DNA from: Spirochaetia bacterium
Lineage (GTDB): Bacteria > Spirochaetota > Spirochaetia > UBA9216
Direction: 5' to 3'
Length of the DNA stretch: 64,000 nucleotides
NCBI GenBank assembly: GCA_963677925.2
Contig: CAXXYH010000004.1
Coordinates: forward strand, 32,001 to 96,000
Below are positions 45,957 to 55,542 of the stretch, piece by piece (positions within the stretch are counted from its first letter, which is position 1; each line of letters begins with the position of its first letter). The notes below the pieces were generated by a model. The model was not told the origin of the DNA. It searched no databases and was given only the letters and a program-made list of their open reading frames with translations. A program made the translations under genes and the position numbers.

Positions 45957-46214
45957 TCAGACTCCTTTTTCCGCGTCATTATGCGGATTAAAAATACATT
46001 CTCCGGGAGTACAAACCGACAGCAGAACAAGCCCGAGATCCCGGATCTTTATCAGTGTGCCGAACAGCTCAGACTGATCCCTCTGAGGCCCTTTTAGAAG
46101 AGAAAAACCGAATCCGGTTTCAATCTCCAGCCCCTCAAACCAATCCGAAATTTCGGGTCCAATTTCATTTCCAACCTTGAACCTGTACTGTTTTACAGTT
46201 TCCCTGTACTTCAT
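45957..46214 (-). CDS. Small conserved ACT-like hypothetical protein associated with MalT-like regulators
   Basis: YRFKV...SDWFEGLEI...L.G...DQSELFG.L.KIRDLGL.LLSV pattern. Confidence 0.7.
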   Translation of the reverse strand: MKYRETVKQYRFKVGNEIGPEISDWFEGLEIETGFGFSLLKGPQRDQSELFGTLIKIRDLGLVLLSVCTPGECIFNPHNDAEKGV

Positions 46215-46246
46215 GATCTGAGAATATTCCGAATCTTAAGAGTCCG

Positions 46247-46266
46247 AATCACCCTTAAGGGTGATT
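46247..46266. promoter_or_regulatory. Perfect 20-bp palindrome, candidate LuxR/MalT-type operator
   Basis: AATCACCCTTAAGGGTGATT, ~33 nt upstream of the 46214 start. Confidence 0.75.
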
Positions 46267-46301
46267 TTGAAGGGTTATATTCTGATAGTTTAGAGGATAA
46301 A

Positions 46302-48971
46302 TTATAAAATTCCGATGTTTTTTGCTGCTGTAACAGCCTGAAGTCTGCTTGAAACATCAAGCTTTGCAAAAATATTTTTCAGATGTGTTTTTGTGGTATT
46401 AAGCGATACAAACATTTTTTCAGCTATTTCTAGATTGGAAAGCCCCCGGCCGACAAGTTCCAGAACCTCCTTTTCCCGCGATGTGAGTTCATAGAGATTC
46501 CGACCCCTGCCTGAATGCAAAGTTTCCGCGGGTCCCGACAAGCCTTCGGTAAATTTTCTCAGTTCTCCTCTACCGAATTCTGAGACGAGGGACACTGCCA
46601 TTCCGGTCAGCGGTTCCCCAAAATTAAAGAAACTCCTGCAGAAACCTGAATCAGCTCCAGTCTTAAAAGCCTTCCGCAGTTTCAGGACAGCGGAGTCCTT
46701 TTGTCCGTTTAAAATATTTAAATAAGCTCCAATCATGAGGATTTCAACAGCCGAGGACTTCCTGCCGCCGGCTTCCGCGGCTTTCAGAAGCCTGTCCAGC
46801 AGAGTTTCAGCTTTGCAGTTATTTGAATAAGCAAGAAGAAAGGCATATCCGATAATTCCTGCCTCCCTGATATTCGAAACCGGCTCATCGGCTGAATACC
46901 GTCCTTCAGTAGCCAGGCGCTCAGCCTCTGCGTGTATTCCTGACAGCACAAGATATTTCATTCTAAGCCCCCTGCCCATTTCCAGAAACCAGGGGGGAAT
47001 CTTAGAGGATGAGCTTAGAACCGCAAGTTCGGTAAATACAGTTTTCCGGTATTCATGATCACCTGAAAACAGCAGCCCGCAGGCCAGCCGGTAAAGACTC
47101 CACCAGCGCTGAATACTTAGAAAGGAGGATGCAGTAAGCTCATACCCCTGCTCAAGCTGCCGGAGGGCGTTCTCCTCATCAAGGCCCTGCTCCAGGCTGA
47201 GAAGGGCACGTTCACTAATCATGTTCCCCAGTATCCCGCCATACATTCCTCCGTCATCGCTACATACCGCCGAGGCCGCATCCAGGATATCGGCAGCGGA
47301 ACCCAGACGGCCCTGCATCCTCAGGACTATTGCCTGCTGAAACTTGGAAGAGAGTTCATTGAATAGATTTCCCGCAGCTGCGGCAGATTCGGCTGCTAGG
47401 CTGAAAGCGTGTTCAGCATTAACCAAATCGCCGTTTCCATTCCAAATAGAAGCAACGGCCTGCGTCGAAAGCACAAAGCTCCGCCAGTGGTGGTCATTCT
47501 TATCAAGTAGCCCAAGACTGTTCCGGCTATGCCTGATAACAGCATCAATATTCCCCTGATAAATTGCAGCCGAAGAACGAAGCATTTCAATCCGGCCGTT
47601 AAGCCGCTCCCGCCTGTCAGCATCTGTAATTTTCCCGGATTGTCCGGAAGCATCATCCAGATACTTTACAGCATTAAGAACATCAGCCTGCCGTAAAGCG
47701 GAACCGGCCATACTGCAGAGAAGATCCGGAAATTTTCTGATTTTCTCATACGGCAGCATGCTTATTTGTTCGCCCAGAGTGTCACGGATTCCGCTCTTCC
47801 ATAACGAGGCGGCATGACTGCTGAGAATCTCCGCTGCCTTCTCAAAATCTCCCGCTGAAAGATAATGAGTAAGCGCAAGCTCTTCTGCACCGTTCTGATG
47901 ATACCAGGCTGCGGTAACACTGTGCAGCTTTCCGGCCTTCTCAGGGTATTTCTGTTCAAGCCTGTGATTCAGAAATTCCCGAAAGAGGGGATTAAGCTTA
48001 AACATTCCTTCATATTCATCTTCCAGTCTCTGAAAAAGATTTCCTGAAACCAGACATTCAATTTCATCAGCTGTATTCTGCATACCGGTGAGCCGTCTTA
48101 TCAGCTCTTCCGTCAGCATATCTGCAGGCGCACAGCACAGCAGAATATCACGGGAAGCCCCGGAAAGTTCTGAAAAAATTTCCTCAAATATGTATTCCGA
48201 AATAAAGCTGCCGGCTCCCGAGAAGGTACCTACCCTTCTCTCACATTCCTCTTTTGTAGAATCCTTTTTTATCATCATCGAGAAAAGCATCAGCCCTGCC
48301 GGCCACCCTTCGGTTTTTCCGGATAGAATAGAAAGGACCGAAGAAGATGCGGGAAACCCGCAGGCCTGATAATAAAACCTGCTTACTTCATCGGAGGAAA
48401 AAGCCAGATCAGAAGCTCTCAATTCAGAAAGCCTTCCAGCTGTCCTCAGTCTGCCGACAGGAAAAGGAGGATCAGAACGGGTACTTAGAATCAAACCGAA
48501 GTTTTGAGGAACGTTTGCAGCAGTAGTTTTTATTAAACTGTGAATATTTTTATCATCGATTCTGTGGTAGTCATCTATTACCAACCTGACTTTTTTGCCG
48601 GATTCTTCAATTGCCGATGAAAAGAAAATTCCCAGATGCTCTGCCGGGGGAAGTTCTCCGGAATCCAGAACAGCCTGCAGCATGGACGAAACTTCAGGAA
48701 CTGCCTCCGAAAAGGCTTTTTGAAGAAGCTGTATAAAGGTCCTGTATTCACTGTCGCTTTTATCAGCATTGATCCAGACAGGACGCGAGGACGCTGAATA
48801 TGCCCATTGACTCAGTACACAGGTCTTTCCGTAGCCAGGCGGCGCTGAAATAATCAGGAGACCGCGATCTGCGGAATTCTCTATCAGCTGAACAAGTTCC
48901 TTACGGAAGATATTACCCGGTGAATCCGGTGGAGGTGAAAGCTTTCCTTTCAGAATAATTTCGGAATACAT
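46302..48971 (-). CDS. MalT-like ATP-dependent LuxR-family transcriptional regulator (STAND)
   Basis: Walker A APPGYGKT, VIDDYH, TEGWPAGL, TPR-like middle region, C-terminal LTSREKEVL...SLNTTKTHLKNIFAKL. Confidence 0.93.
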   Translation of the reverse strand: MYSEIILKGKLSPPPDSPGNIFRKELVQLIENSADRGLLIISAPPGYGKTCVLSQWAYSASSRPVWINADKSDSEYRTFIQLLQKAFSEAVPEVSSMLQAVLDSGELPPAEHLGIFFSSAIEESGKKVRLVIDDYHRIDDKNIHSLIKTTAANVPQNFGLILSTRSDPPFPVGRLRTAGRLSELRASDLAFSSDEVSRFYYQACGFPASSSVLSILSGKTEGWPAGLMLFSMMIKKDSTKEECERRVGTFSGAGSFISEYIFEEIFSELSGASRDILLCCAPADMLTEELIRRLTGMQNTADEIECLVSGNLFQRLEDEYEGMFKLNPLFREFLNHRLEQKYPEKAGKLHSVTAAWYHQNGAEELALTHYLSAGDFEKAAEILSSHAASLWKSGIRDTLGEQISMLPYEKIRKFPDLLCSMAGSALRQADVLNAVKYLDDASGQSGKITDADRRERLNGRIEMLRSSAAIYQGNIDAVIRHSRNSLGLLDKNDHHWRSFVLSTQAVASIWNGNGDLVNAEHAFSLAAESAAAAGNLFNELSSKFQQAIVLRMQGRLGSAADILDAASAVCSDDGGMYGGILGNMISERALLSLEQGLDEENALRQLEQGYELTASSFLSIQRWWSLYRLACGLLFSGDHEYRKTVFTELAVLSSSSKIPPWFLEMGRGLRMKYLVLSGIHAEAERLATEGRYSADEPVSNIREAGIIGYAFLLAYSNNCKAETLLDRLLKAAEAGGRKSSAVEILMIGAYLNILNGQKDSAVLKLRKAFKTGADSGFCRSFFNFGEPLTGMAVSLVSEFGRGELRKFTEGLSGPAETLHSGRGRNLYELTSREKEVLELVGRGLSNLEIAEKMFVSLNTTKTHLKNIFAKLDVSSRLQAVTAAKNIGIL

Positions 48972-49010
48972 TTTTCATAGATTTTAACATCAAAGAGGCA
49001 ATACTTCACA

Positions 49011-49580
49011 TTATTTTCTGAAAAAATCAGAAAGAAGAATACGATCCCAGTCATTGAGATTTCTGAATACGGAACCTTCCCCGGTTTTAACAAATTCTTC
49101 ATTCAGCCTGCCAAGTTCATCCTGCAGAGCCTCCATATCAAAACAGTTACCTTCTTCAGCGAAAAAAGAATCGTCGTTCTCACTTCGTGAAGAAAAGTTT
49201 CGATCACAGTAATAGATCTCTATTTCTGGAGGATCATGAATTACACGGTTTCCATCGATATCATATTCGATCACCATGTATTTAATAGGGATGCCGTGAA
49301 TCCGGCAGATAAGCGGCCGATACCTGTAGATTCCGCAGCTGTCATCAGCCGCCATGAAGGGACATGGCTTTGAATTATTCATATCAGGCGGGGTAAAACC
49401 GTCAAGTTTCATCCTGCGTTTTATTGCCCATAATTCAATCGGCCGCAGGTGCAGCGGGCTGCAGCAGTATCTGCAGCCGGCAAAACAGGTTATTTCTTCT
49501 TTGTATTTTTCAAAAAGTTTATCACAGATCGATGCCGTATTTTCTACAATCGATAGATATTTTGAATAGACAGCATCCAT
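49011..49580 (-). CDS. YkgJ family cysteine-cluster protein
   Basis: CFAGCRYCC, CPF...C.IY.YRPLICR. Confidence 0.85.
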   Translation of the reverse strand: MDAVYSKYLSIVENTASICDKLFEKYKEEITCFAGCRYCCSPLHLRPIELWAIKRRMKLDGFTPPDMNNSKPCPFMAADDSCGIYRYRPLICRIHGIPIKYMVIEYDIDGNRVIHDPPEIEIYYCDRNFSSRSENDDSFFAEEGNCFDMEALQDELGRLNEEFVKTGEGSVFRNLNDWDRILLSDFFRK

Positions 49581-49588
49581 GTGCAGTA

Positions 49589-50347
49589 TTATACACTCAT
49601 TCCGTTATCAACTGTAAGGACCTGACCGTTAATTCCCTTTGATTCTTCAGATGCAAAGAACAGAATCGCCATAGCCTGATCTTCTGCTGTTACGAATGGA
49701 GCAGAAAGATCCATATGACGGTTGCACTGGTCGGCAAATTCACCGTCAAAGGTGGCAATCTGCTCAGGCGTATTTAGCGGTGTTGGAGTTGGGCCGGGAC
49801 AGACAGCATTGCACCTGATTCCTTTTCCGGCAAATTGAATTGCTATATTCTTTGTCATTCCCAGGACTGCAGTCTTTGAAGCTGTATATGAGACTCCGCT
49901 GTTGCTGCGTACGGCACCTACGGAAGAGATATTGATAATCGAACCGCTTTCAGCAGGTTCCATGTACTCAAGAACTTCCTTGCACATGTAAAAAACCGAA
50001 TCCTGGTTAATTCTTATAATGCGATCCCACCAGTCAGCATCAGTTCTTGTTATCGGGCGATGCTTATCCGCTATTCCTGCATTATTTACCAGAATATCAA
50101 CCCTTCCGTAGTTTTCAATTGCAGCCTTTACAATCTTTGAACAGTCAGTATACAGACTTACATCACCTGTTATCCCTACAGCCTTTCCGCCGGCAGCATT
50201 GATCGAATCAACAACTTCCTGAAGTTCCTTTTCTCTTCTGGCAGCAAGAACAAGGAGGGCCCCTTCCCTGGCAAAAATCTCCGCTGTCACCTTCCCGATT
50301 CCGGAATTACCGCCGGTAATTATTGCTACTTTATCTTTCAATCGCAT
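49589..50347 (-). CDS. Short-chain dehydrogenase/reductase
   Basis: TGGNSGIG, NNAG, YTASK. Confidence 0.93.
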   Translation of the reverse strand: MRLKDKVAIITGGNSGIGKVTAEIFAREGALLVLAARREKELQEVVDSINAAGGKAVGITGDVSLYTDCSKIVKAAIENYGRVDILVNNAGIADKHRPITRTDADWWDRIIRINQDSVFYMCKEVLEYMEPAESGSIINISSVGAVRSNSGVSYTASKTAVLGMTKNIAIQFAGKGIRCNAVCPGPTPTPLNTPEQIATFDGEFADQCNRHMDLSAPFVTAEDQAMAILFFASEESKGINGQVLTVDNGMSV

Positions 50348-50439
50348 ATTATAGATCCTCTTTTGATTCAGATTTAATTTAATCAGCGAATTTTAACATC
50401 ACATGGTAATCTTGTGAAATATTGATTTCAGATGAGGTC

Positions 50440-50454
50440 ATGCATTTTTTGCAT
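50440..50454. promoter_or_regulatory. LysR-type T-N11-A box
   Basis: ATGCA-ttttt-TGCAT between divergent SDR and LysR genes. Confidence 0.55.
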
Positions 50455-50497
50455 AACTCATCTTGACTTCATTTGTAAACAAACGGAGAATGAAGTC

Positions 50498-51382
50498 ATG
50501 AAAGATTCCCAGATAGACTGCTTTCTTGAAGCGGCAGAACGGCTCAACTTCACCGAAGCTGCGGAAGCCCTTAATCTCTCGCAGTCTGCATTAAGCAGAC
50601 AGATAGCTGCCATGGAAGAAGAACTCGGCTTCCAGCTTTTTTTACGGATAAAAAAACGCATATACCTCTCAGATCCGGGAAAAGTATATCTTGAGGGATT
50701 GAAAAAGATATTAAGCAGCCACTTGGAACTTATTGATAAAGCAAAAATGATGGAACGCAGCATCTCCGGAACCCTGAACATCGGATATCTCGAGGAGCGC
50801 ACCGTAAGTCCGGAAACAGCAGCTGCAGTAGCTGAAATAAGCAGAAAGTATCCCAATATTGATGTTCGGCTTGAGTATTACGGCCTTAAAGAGCTGCTTT
50901 CAAAACTGGAGAACCGGCAGCTTGATATCGGATTTACCCTGGATTTTGATATTGAACGTCATAATCGAATAGGGTTTAAAACACTGAAGAATATTCAAAT
51001 CTATCTTGCAATTCCTGAAAATCATAAAAAGGCCGAAGTGGAGAAGCTGAGTCTTGCAGATTTTGCAGAAGAAACCTTCATAACTATTTCAAAGGATGAG
51101 AGTGATGACATTTTCGATCTGCTCAACAGATCATGTGAAAAAGCGGGGTTTCGACCAAAAGTCAGACTGGCACCTACACTAAGGATGGCAGCTCTCTGGG
51201 TTGAAGCAGGCATGGGCATATCTGCACTTGATGACGGCAACACCATCTGGAATAATCCGAATTTCAAATTCATCAAGGTTCCGGAGATTAAGCAGGCTCG
51301 ATTTCTGGTTGCCTGGAATAAGGAACATCTAAGCCGACTCAGCGCTGTCTTCCTTGATATTCTTTTTTCATCACCGGGATAG
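50498..51382 (+). CDS. LysR family transcriptional regulator
   Basis: FLEAAERLNFTEAAEALNLSQSALSRQI..MEEELG; start reassigned to ATG 50498. Confidence 0.93.
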   Translation: MKDSQIDCFLEAAERLNFTEAAEALNLSQSALSRQIAAMEEELGFQLFLRIKKRIYLSDPGKVYLEGLKKILSSHLELIDKAKMMERSISGTLNIGYLEERTVSPETAAAVAEISRKYPNIDVRLEYYGLKELLSKLENRQLDIGFTLDFDIERHNRIGFKTLKNIQIYLAIPENHKKAEVEKLSLADFAEETFITISKDESDDIFDLLNRSCEKAGFRPKVRLAPTLRMAALWVEAGMGISALDDGNTIWNNPNFKFIKVPEIKQARFLVAWNKEHLSRLSAVFLDILFSSPG

Positions 51383-51383
51383 A

Positions 51384-51929
51384 TCAGTTTACAGACACGG
51401 GAAGCCCCAGAATAACCTCAAGAAAATAATCGATATGCGCGTCAAAGGATTCATCCGGATAAAAATCATAATCCTGCCCGAAATTAAGGGTCATTTCAGG
51501 CTGCTGAACTGAAGCGCCGCAAAAAAATCTCTCAGCTTCCGGAGAAGTCAGCCAGGCGGTATAACGGGTCTTGCCTCTGTCACGGTAAATTATTTCGATA
51601 TTATCCGAAGGAATAATTATTCTTTCCGATCCTGCGGTCAGTGTTATCTGCTCCGGGACCGTTCGGAACAAACCGGAAGTATAAAACAGGGAAAAGTTAA
51701 GAATTGTCCTGGGCTCACCAGCCTCGTCTTCAAGCGTGAAATTACGGTAAAGCCAGTCAGCATCGATTTTTAAATAATCTTCAGTACAGCCCCATTCCCT
51801 CTCAGGAAAAAAGTACTGTACTGAATTTTTCCCCAGAAAAAAAACCTCAACATCATCCTCAGGCGTAGATGTACAGGAAAGCAGAATCAGCGGAAGCGCC
51901 GCAAGAACAAGAAGAATTTTCCGGGGCAT
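51384..51929 (-). CDS. Hypothetical lipoprotein
   Basis: Lipobox LLS-C after a hydrophobic signal. Confidence 0.7.
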   Translation of the reverse strand: MPRKILLVLAALPLILLSCTSTPEDDVEVFFLGKNSVQYFFPEREWGCTEDYLKIDADWLYRNFTLEDEAGEPRTILNFSLFYTSGLFRTVPEQITLTAGSERIIIPSDNIEIIYRDRGKTRYTAWLTSPEAERFFCGASVQQPEMTLNFGQDYDFYPDESFDAHIDYFLEVILGLPVSVN

Positions 51930-51937
51930 AACGTCGT

Positions 51938-52234
51938 TTATTTTCCGGTAACTGTACAGGTAAATTTAGTTCCAAGACCGAAAAGCACAGATTTTGCTTC
52001 GAAATCAACGGTTGATATATTAACAATTCTACCGTCCTGTGCAGCAGCTCTTACACCCGCATCAACATTTCCGAACATTCCAAACCAGATTGTTCCTGAA
52101 GACTGACCAACAAGCGGTCCGATTTCGTTTGAAGTTGCGCCTACCGGCATATTAAGACTTGCACAGGAAAAAAGTGCACCGACAAGCATGAGTAAAACAA
52201 CAGCTTTTAATAAAATTTTCATAGTTTTCTCCAT
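51938..52234 (-). CDS. TRL-like family small lipoprotein
   Basis: Lipobox LFS-C; P.GAT.N.IG..VG.SSG, DAGV.AAA..G.I..ISTVD, T.VTG. Confidence 0.75.
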   Translation of the reverse strand: MEKTMKILLKAVVLLMLVGALFSCASLNMPVGATSNEIGPLVGQSSGTIWFGMFGNVDAGVRAAAQDGRIVNISTVDFEAKSVLFGLGTKFTCTVTGK

Positions 52235-52262
52235 TCTATATAGGTTTTATATAAACTATAGG

Positions 52263-52297
52263 AAAAAAAAAGGGCACCGTCCATACAGCCGGCACCC
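52263..52297 (-). terminator. Intrinsic terminator
   Basis: Minus strand GGGUGCCG...CGGUGCCC (two G-U) followed by U9. Confidence 0.65.
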
Positions 52298-52321
52298 CTT
52301 CAGTTAAAAAGAAGTTAATTC

Positions 52322-52678
52322 TTATTTAACGCCAACACCGTCAACTTTTACAAGCGGGTAACCGAAACCGATGTAGCTTGCAAGGAAAGCCATGATGTCA
52401 TTTTCCATTGTGATTGTTACATCTTTTACTGCAGTTGCGCCAACTTCTGCCATAGCAGGTTCAACGATTGTGTCGAGCTCTTCGTTAGGAGCCTTGAAAG
52501 AAAGAAGTGATGGGTGAATGAGGTAAACCATTCTTGCTTCAGCTGAAACTTCTCCTACTTCTGTACCCTTTACGTCACCGTAAGCGAGTTTTCCGTTTGT
52601 TGTTGTGAAAGTTGTTGCACATCCTGAAATCATAACGATTGCAAGTACTGCAAGTACTACTAATGCGATCTTTTTCAT
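52322..52678 (-). CDS. Small lipoprotein
   Basis: GGAGG RBS, MKKIALVV...ISG-C lipobox. Confidence 0.75.
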   Translation of the reverse strand: MKKIALVVLAVLAIVMISGCATTFTTTNGKLAYGDVKGTEVGEVSAEARMVYLIHPSLLSFKAPNEELDTIVEPAMAEVGATAVKDVTITMENDIMAFLASYIGFGYPLVKVDGVGVK

Positions 52679-52688
52679 TAAGATCCTC

Positions 52689-53165
52689 CTATCTATTTTT
52701 TTCGAGGAACACGCCCCCCGAATATTCCAAACGTAATGCAAAGGATTCTATGTGATTGTAAAGCAGAGTTACTGCAAGCCCGTGAAGAGGCGGAAATGAT
52801 ACCCCGCTGGTCAAATACACATCGTATCCAAAGCCCTGATTTATAGTATATGTACCAAGAGCTCCTACCGAAAGATGAAAGAGTCTCTGATTTATAACTG
52901 AACTGGGAATAAGTATAAGATACCTTTCAAGTCCAAGTCCGAATTCTGTAGTTGTTTTAAAGTCGCTCTGAACAAGAGCTGAAAAGCCTGTAAAAAAATC
53001 CATGGGAGCATAAAGAAGGCTGAGCCCGAACATACCGGGATCTTCACTGTGGGCAAAAGTATAAGTCCACCCTAAACCAAGGAGGTCTCTTTCCTTGTAA
53101 TCATATGAGTATACGCTGACAGTTATTATTAGAAGCAGAAGAAACAAAAATACTCTTTTATTCAT
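52689..53165 (-). CDS. Hypothetical exported protein, possibly a small beta-barrel
   Basis: Signal peptide (VYS-Y); alternating Gly/aromatic strands (GLGWTYT, GLSLLY, GLGLERY, SVGALGTY, LRLEY). Confidence 0.55.
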   Translation of the reverse strand: MNKRVFLFLLLLIITVSVYSYDYKERDLLGLGWTYTFAHSEDPGMFGLSLLYAPMDFFTGFSALVQSDFKTTTEFGLGLERYLILIPSSVINQRLFHLSVGALGTYTINQGFGYDVYLTSGVSFPPLHGLAVTLLYNHIESFALRLEYSGGVFLEKNR

Positions 53166-53367
53166 AAATGTCCACATAAAATAATATCTACAAAGTTAAT
53201 CATATTGCAAAAAGTGTCAACAAATAAACTGAAATTTAATTAGAAAATAACCGTTTTGATAATAAATAGCATAACGTATTCAATATCGAAAATCCAATTT
53301 TTCAGTGCAAAAAGTGAAATTTCCTGACTGTTAGAGTATCGGACATTAGCCTTTGAGAATCAACTTT

Positions 53368-53754
53368 TTATTTGAAAGATATGACCGTCCCTGACACAAA
53401 AGCAGTAGCAGGAGAAATTATATTACCTGTTATTGTCGCCAGCAGTATGTCTGCAGGCTGAGCCTTATATTCTATGGTCAGATCAATGGCGGCATCTCCA
53501 TTCCTGGATGCAATTTCCTCCTGCACCGCGTCGTATATGGCATCATCCATTTTGGTTGCCGACAGGTTTCCGAAATTCGCACCTCCCGGCGCACCAAGAA
53601 GTTCAAGAACTTTAACCTCGACCTCAAATTCACCAAGGACATCAAACCTGGGCAGATTTTTTGAAACCTGCGCACCCGAGAATCTGAAAGTAGTACAGGA
53701 TGAAAATAATACAGCCGATAAAGCCAGCAGCAGAAACAGCTTTTTCATATTCAT
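53368..53754 (-). CDS. Small lipoprotein
   Basis: GGAGG RBS, FSS-C lipobox; GDAAIDLTIEY...VSGTVI. Confidence 0.75.
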   Translation of the reverse strand: MNMKKLFLLLALSAVLFSSCTTFRFSGAQVSKNLPRFDVLGEFEVEVKVLELLGAPGGANFGNLSATKMDDAIYDAVQEEIASRNGDAAIDLTIEYKAQPADILLATITGNIISPATAFVSGTVISFK

Positions 53755-53795
53755 TTCAATCCTCCCGATAACCTTTCCTTCCTATAAGTTTATTA

Positions 53796-54425
53796 TTATT
53801 CACCCGGAGTTTCCATGCCTATCATTAAAAAACCGCTGAAGGCTGCATTATCAACCTGCAGCTCGGCAGAAACCAGAGATTTCATCTGAATAAACCGGCT
53901 GCGGTAATTATCGTAAAATTCCCAATCCGGTTTGGTGACATACTTCAGGTCCTCCAGCTCATAATATGAGATAACTCTCTTTACAGTTGTCGGCTTTATC
54001 AGTACATCTCTTCCCGGATTATAATAAAGACCGCAGACCGTCACAACCGGCCATTTGGCCATACCGAAACGCTCCAGAAATCCGCTGATTATTCTGAATC
54101 CGGAATCCTGCTTTCCATGAAGGTATTCAAACATCCCGTCAACGAGTTCTGCGGCTTCGTGCACATTCATATCTTTAAGAAGATCTCTAAGGCGCATTTT
54201 TTCGAATACCGAAACAAGGGAGGACTGCATTATTATCTTTTTAACAGATTCAAAAACTGTACTGCGGTCTTCAAAGGCTTCAGCCGAAAGCAGGTCTGCA
54301 GCCCGGGCCTGCATTTTTTCAATATTATGTTTTTTCATAATTACCTGCATTTCACTATCGTTAAATCCTTCAGGATACCTTGAATAAAAGATCTTCTGTG
54401 CAAGAACAAGTCTTTCTCTGTTCAT
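53796..54425 (-). CDS. Conserved hypothetical protein
   Basis: 209-aa ORF with RYP.GF, KKH, VSVFEK, KWPVVT, KPTT, NAAFSGFLM. Confidence 0.7.
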   Translation of the reverse strand: MNRERLVLAQKIFYSRYPEGFNDSEMQVIMKKHNIEKMQARAADLLSAEAFEDRSTVFESVKKIIMQSSLVSVFEKMRLRDLLKDMNVHEAAELVDGMFEYLHGKQDSGFRIISGFLERFGMAKWPVVTVCGLYYNPGRDVLIKPTTVKRVISYYELEDLKYVTKPDWEFYDNYRSRFIQMKSLVSAELQVDNAAFSGFLMIGMETPGE

Positions 54426-54501
54426 TACTGCCCCCGGTTAAATATGCTTTCATTGTTTTATGAAGTCAAGCTTGGAAATAATGTTAATTTTTCATTCTTG
54501 C

Positions 54502-54530
54502 TTGACTTTTTATGTCGCACGCGATATATT
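54502..54530 (+). promoter_or_regulatory. sigma70 promoter with overlapping OhrR/MarR-type inverted repeat
   Basis: TTGACT, 17 nt spacer, TATATT; TATGTCGC-ac-GCGATATA (54511-54528) overlaps the spacer and -10. Confidence 0.6.
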
Positions 54531-54561
54531 CACAGTAGATATATTATTCCAGGAGTCAGTA

Positions 54562-55053
54562 ATGAACAATGATTTTTACAGCCTGAAAGCAAAGGGCATA
54601 GACGGAAAAGAAAAAGTACTTGAAGAATACAGGGGCAAGGTAGTCCTTATTGTAAACACTGCCAGTAAATGCGGATTCACACCGCAGTATAAGTCACTTC
54701 AGGAGCTGTACGAGAAGTATAAGGATTCCGGACTGGAAATTCTCGGTTTTCCCTGTGATCAGTTTGCGCATCAGGAACCTGGAGATGATAATGACATCAA
54801 ACAGTTCTGCAGCCTGAATTTCGGTGTCAACTTTCCGCTGTTCAGCAAGGTAAACGTAAACGGCGAGGAAGCCCATCCGGTTTTCAAGTATCTGCGAAAA
54901 CAACTGCCCGGAGCTATCGGTGACAGTGTTAAATGGAATTTTACCAAATTTTTGATTGACCGGAATGGTAATCCTGTTAAAAGGTTTTCTCCGACTACAG
55001 ATCCACTTAAATTAGCCGGCAAAGTAGAGTCGCTTCTGGCAGAGTCCGCCTGA
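54562..55053 (+). CDS. gpx: Glutathione peroxidase family protein (Cys type)
   Basis: VNTASKCGFTPQY, GFPCDQF..QEPG, KWNFTKFL. Confidence 0.95.
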   Translation: MNNDFYSLKAKGIDGKEKVLEEYRGKVVLIVNTASKCGFTPQYKSLQELYEKYKDSGLEILGFPCDQFAHQEPGDDNDIKQFCSLNFGVNFPLFSKVNVNGEEAHPVFKYLRKQLPGAIGDSVKWNFTKFLIDRNGNPVKRFSPTTDPLKLAGKVESLLAESA

Positions 55054-55092
55054 GTATTGCAGGCAGGCTCAAAATAAAGTATTTTTGGTGTA

Positions 55093-55542
55093 ATGGCATT
55101 CGAACAACTAAAACTTGAAAATCAGATATGCTTCCCGGTTTATGCAGCTTCAAGACTTATAACAAGGGCATACCAACCGCATCTGGATGCTCTTGGAATT
55201 ACCTATCCCCAGTATCTGGTAATGATGGTGCTCTGGGAAACAGACGGGCTGCCTGTAAACGATATTGCGGAAAAACTGATACTTAATACTAATACGATCA
55301 CTCCGCTGCTGAAACGTATGGAGCAGAATGAGCTGTTAATAAGGAAACGCTCAGCAGAAGATGAAAGAAAAGTCATTGTAAGTCTTACCGAAAAGGGGAG
55401 AGTTCTGCGCGAAAAAGCAGCTGATATTCCAGCCAAACTGGTAGGAGATATTGGAAACGGGGACATCCGGGTTGAAGATATAGTCTCAATGAAACAAACC
55501 CTCTTAAAACTTATTCAGTCCCTTTCGGAGGCTGAGTCTTGA
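55093..55542 (+). CDS. ohrR: MarR family organic-hydroperoxide-sensing regulator
   Basis: LENQICFPVY (redox Cys), ITYPQYLVM, TITPLLKRME, DER.V. Confidence 0.85.
   Translation: MAFEQLKLENQICFPVYAASRLITRAYQPHLDALGITYPQYLVMMVLWETDGLPVNDIAEKLILNTNTITPLLKRMEQNELLIRKRSAEDERKVIVSLTEKGRVLREKAADIPAKLVGDIGNGDIRVEDIVSMKQTLLKLIQSLSEAES

Noticed and set aside
50432-50497. Longer upstream starts given by the ORF track (LysR; also nfo, ppiC, gpx, 3-epimerase, SPFH)
   Set aside because: The extensions overlap promoter/operator elements or neighbouring genes; downstream ATGs fit family N-termini and often have an RBS.
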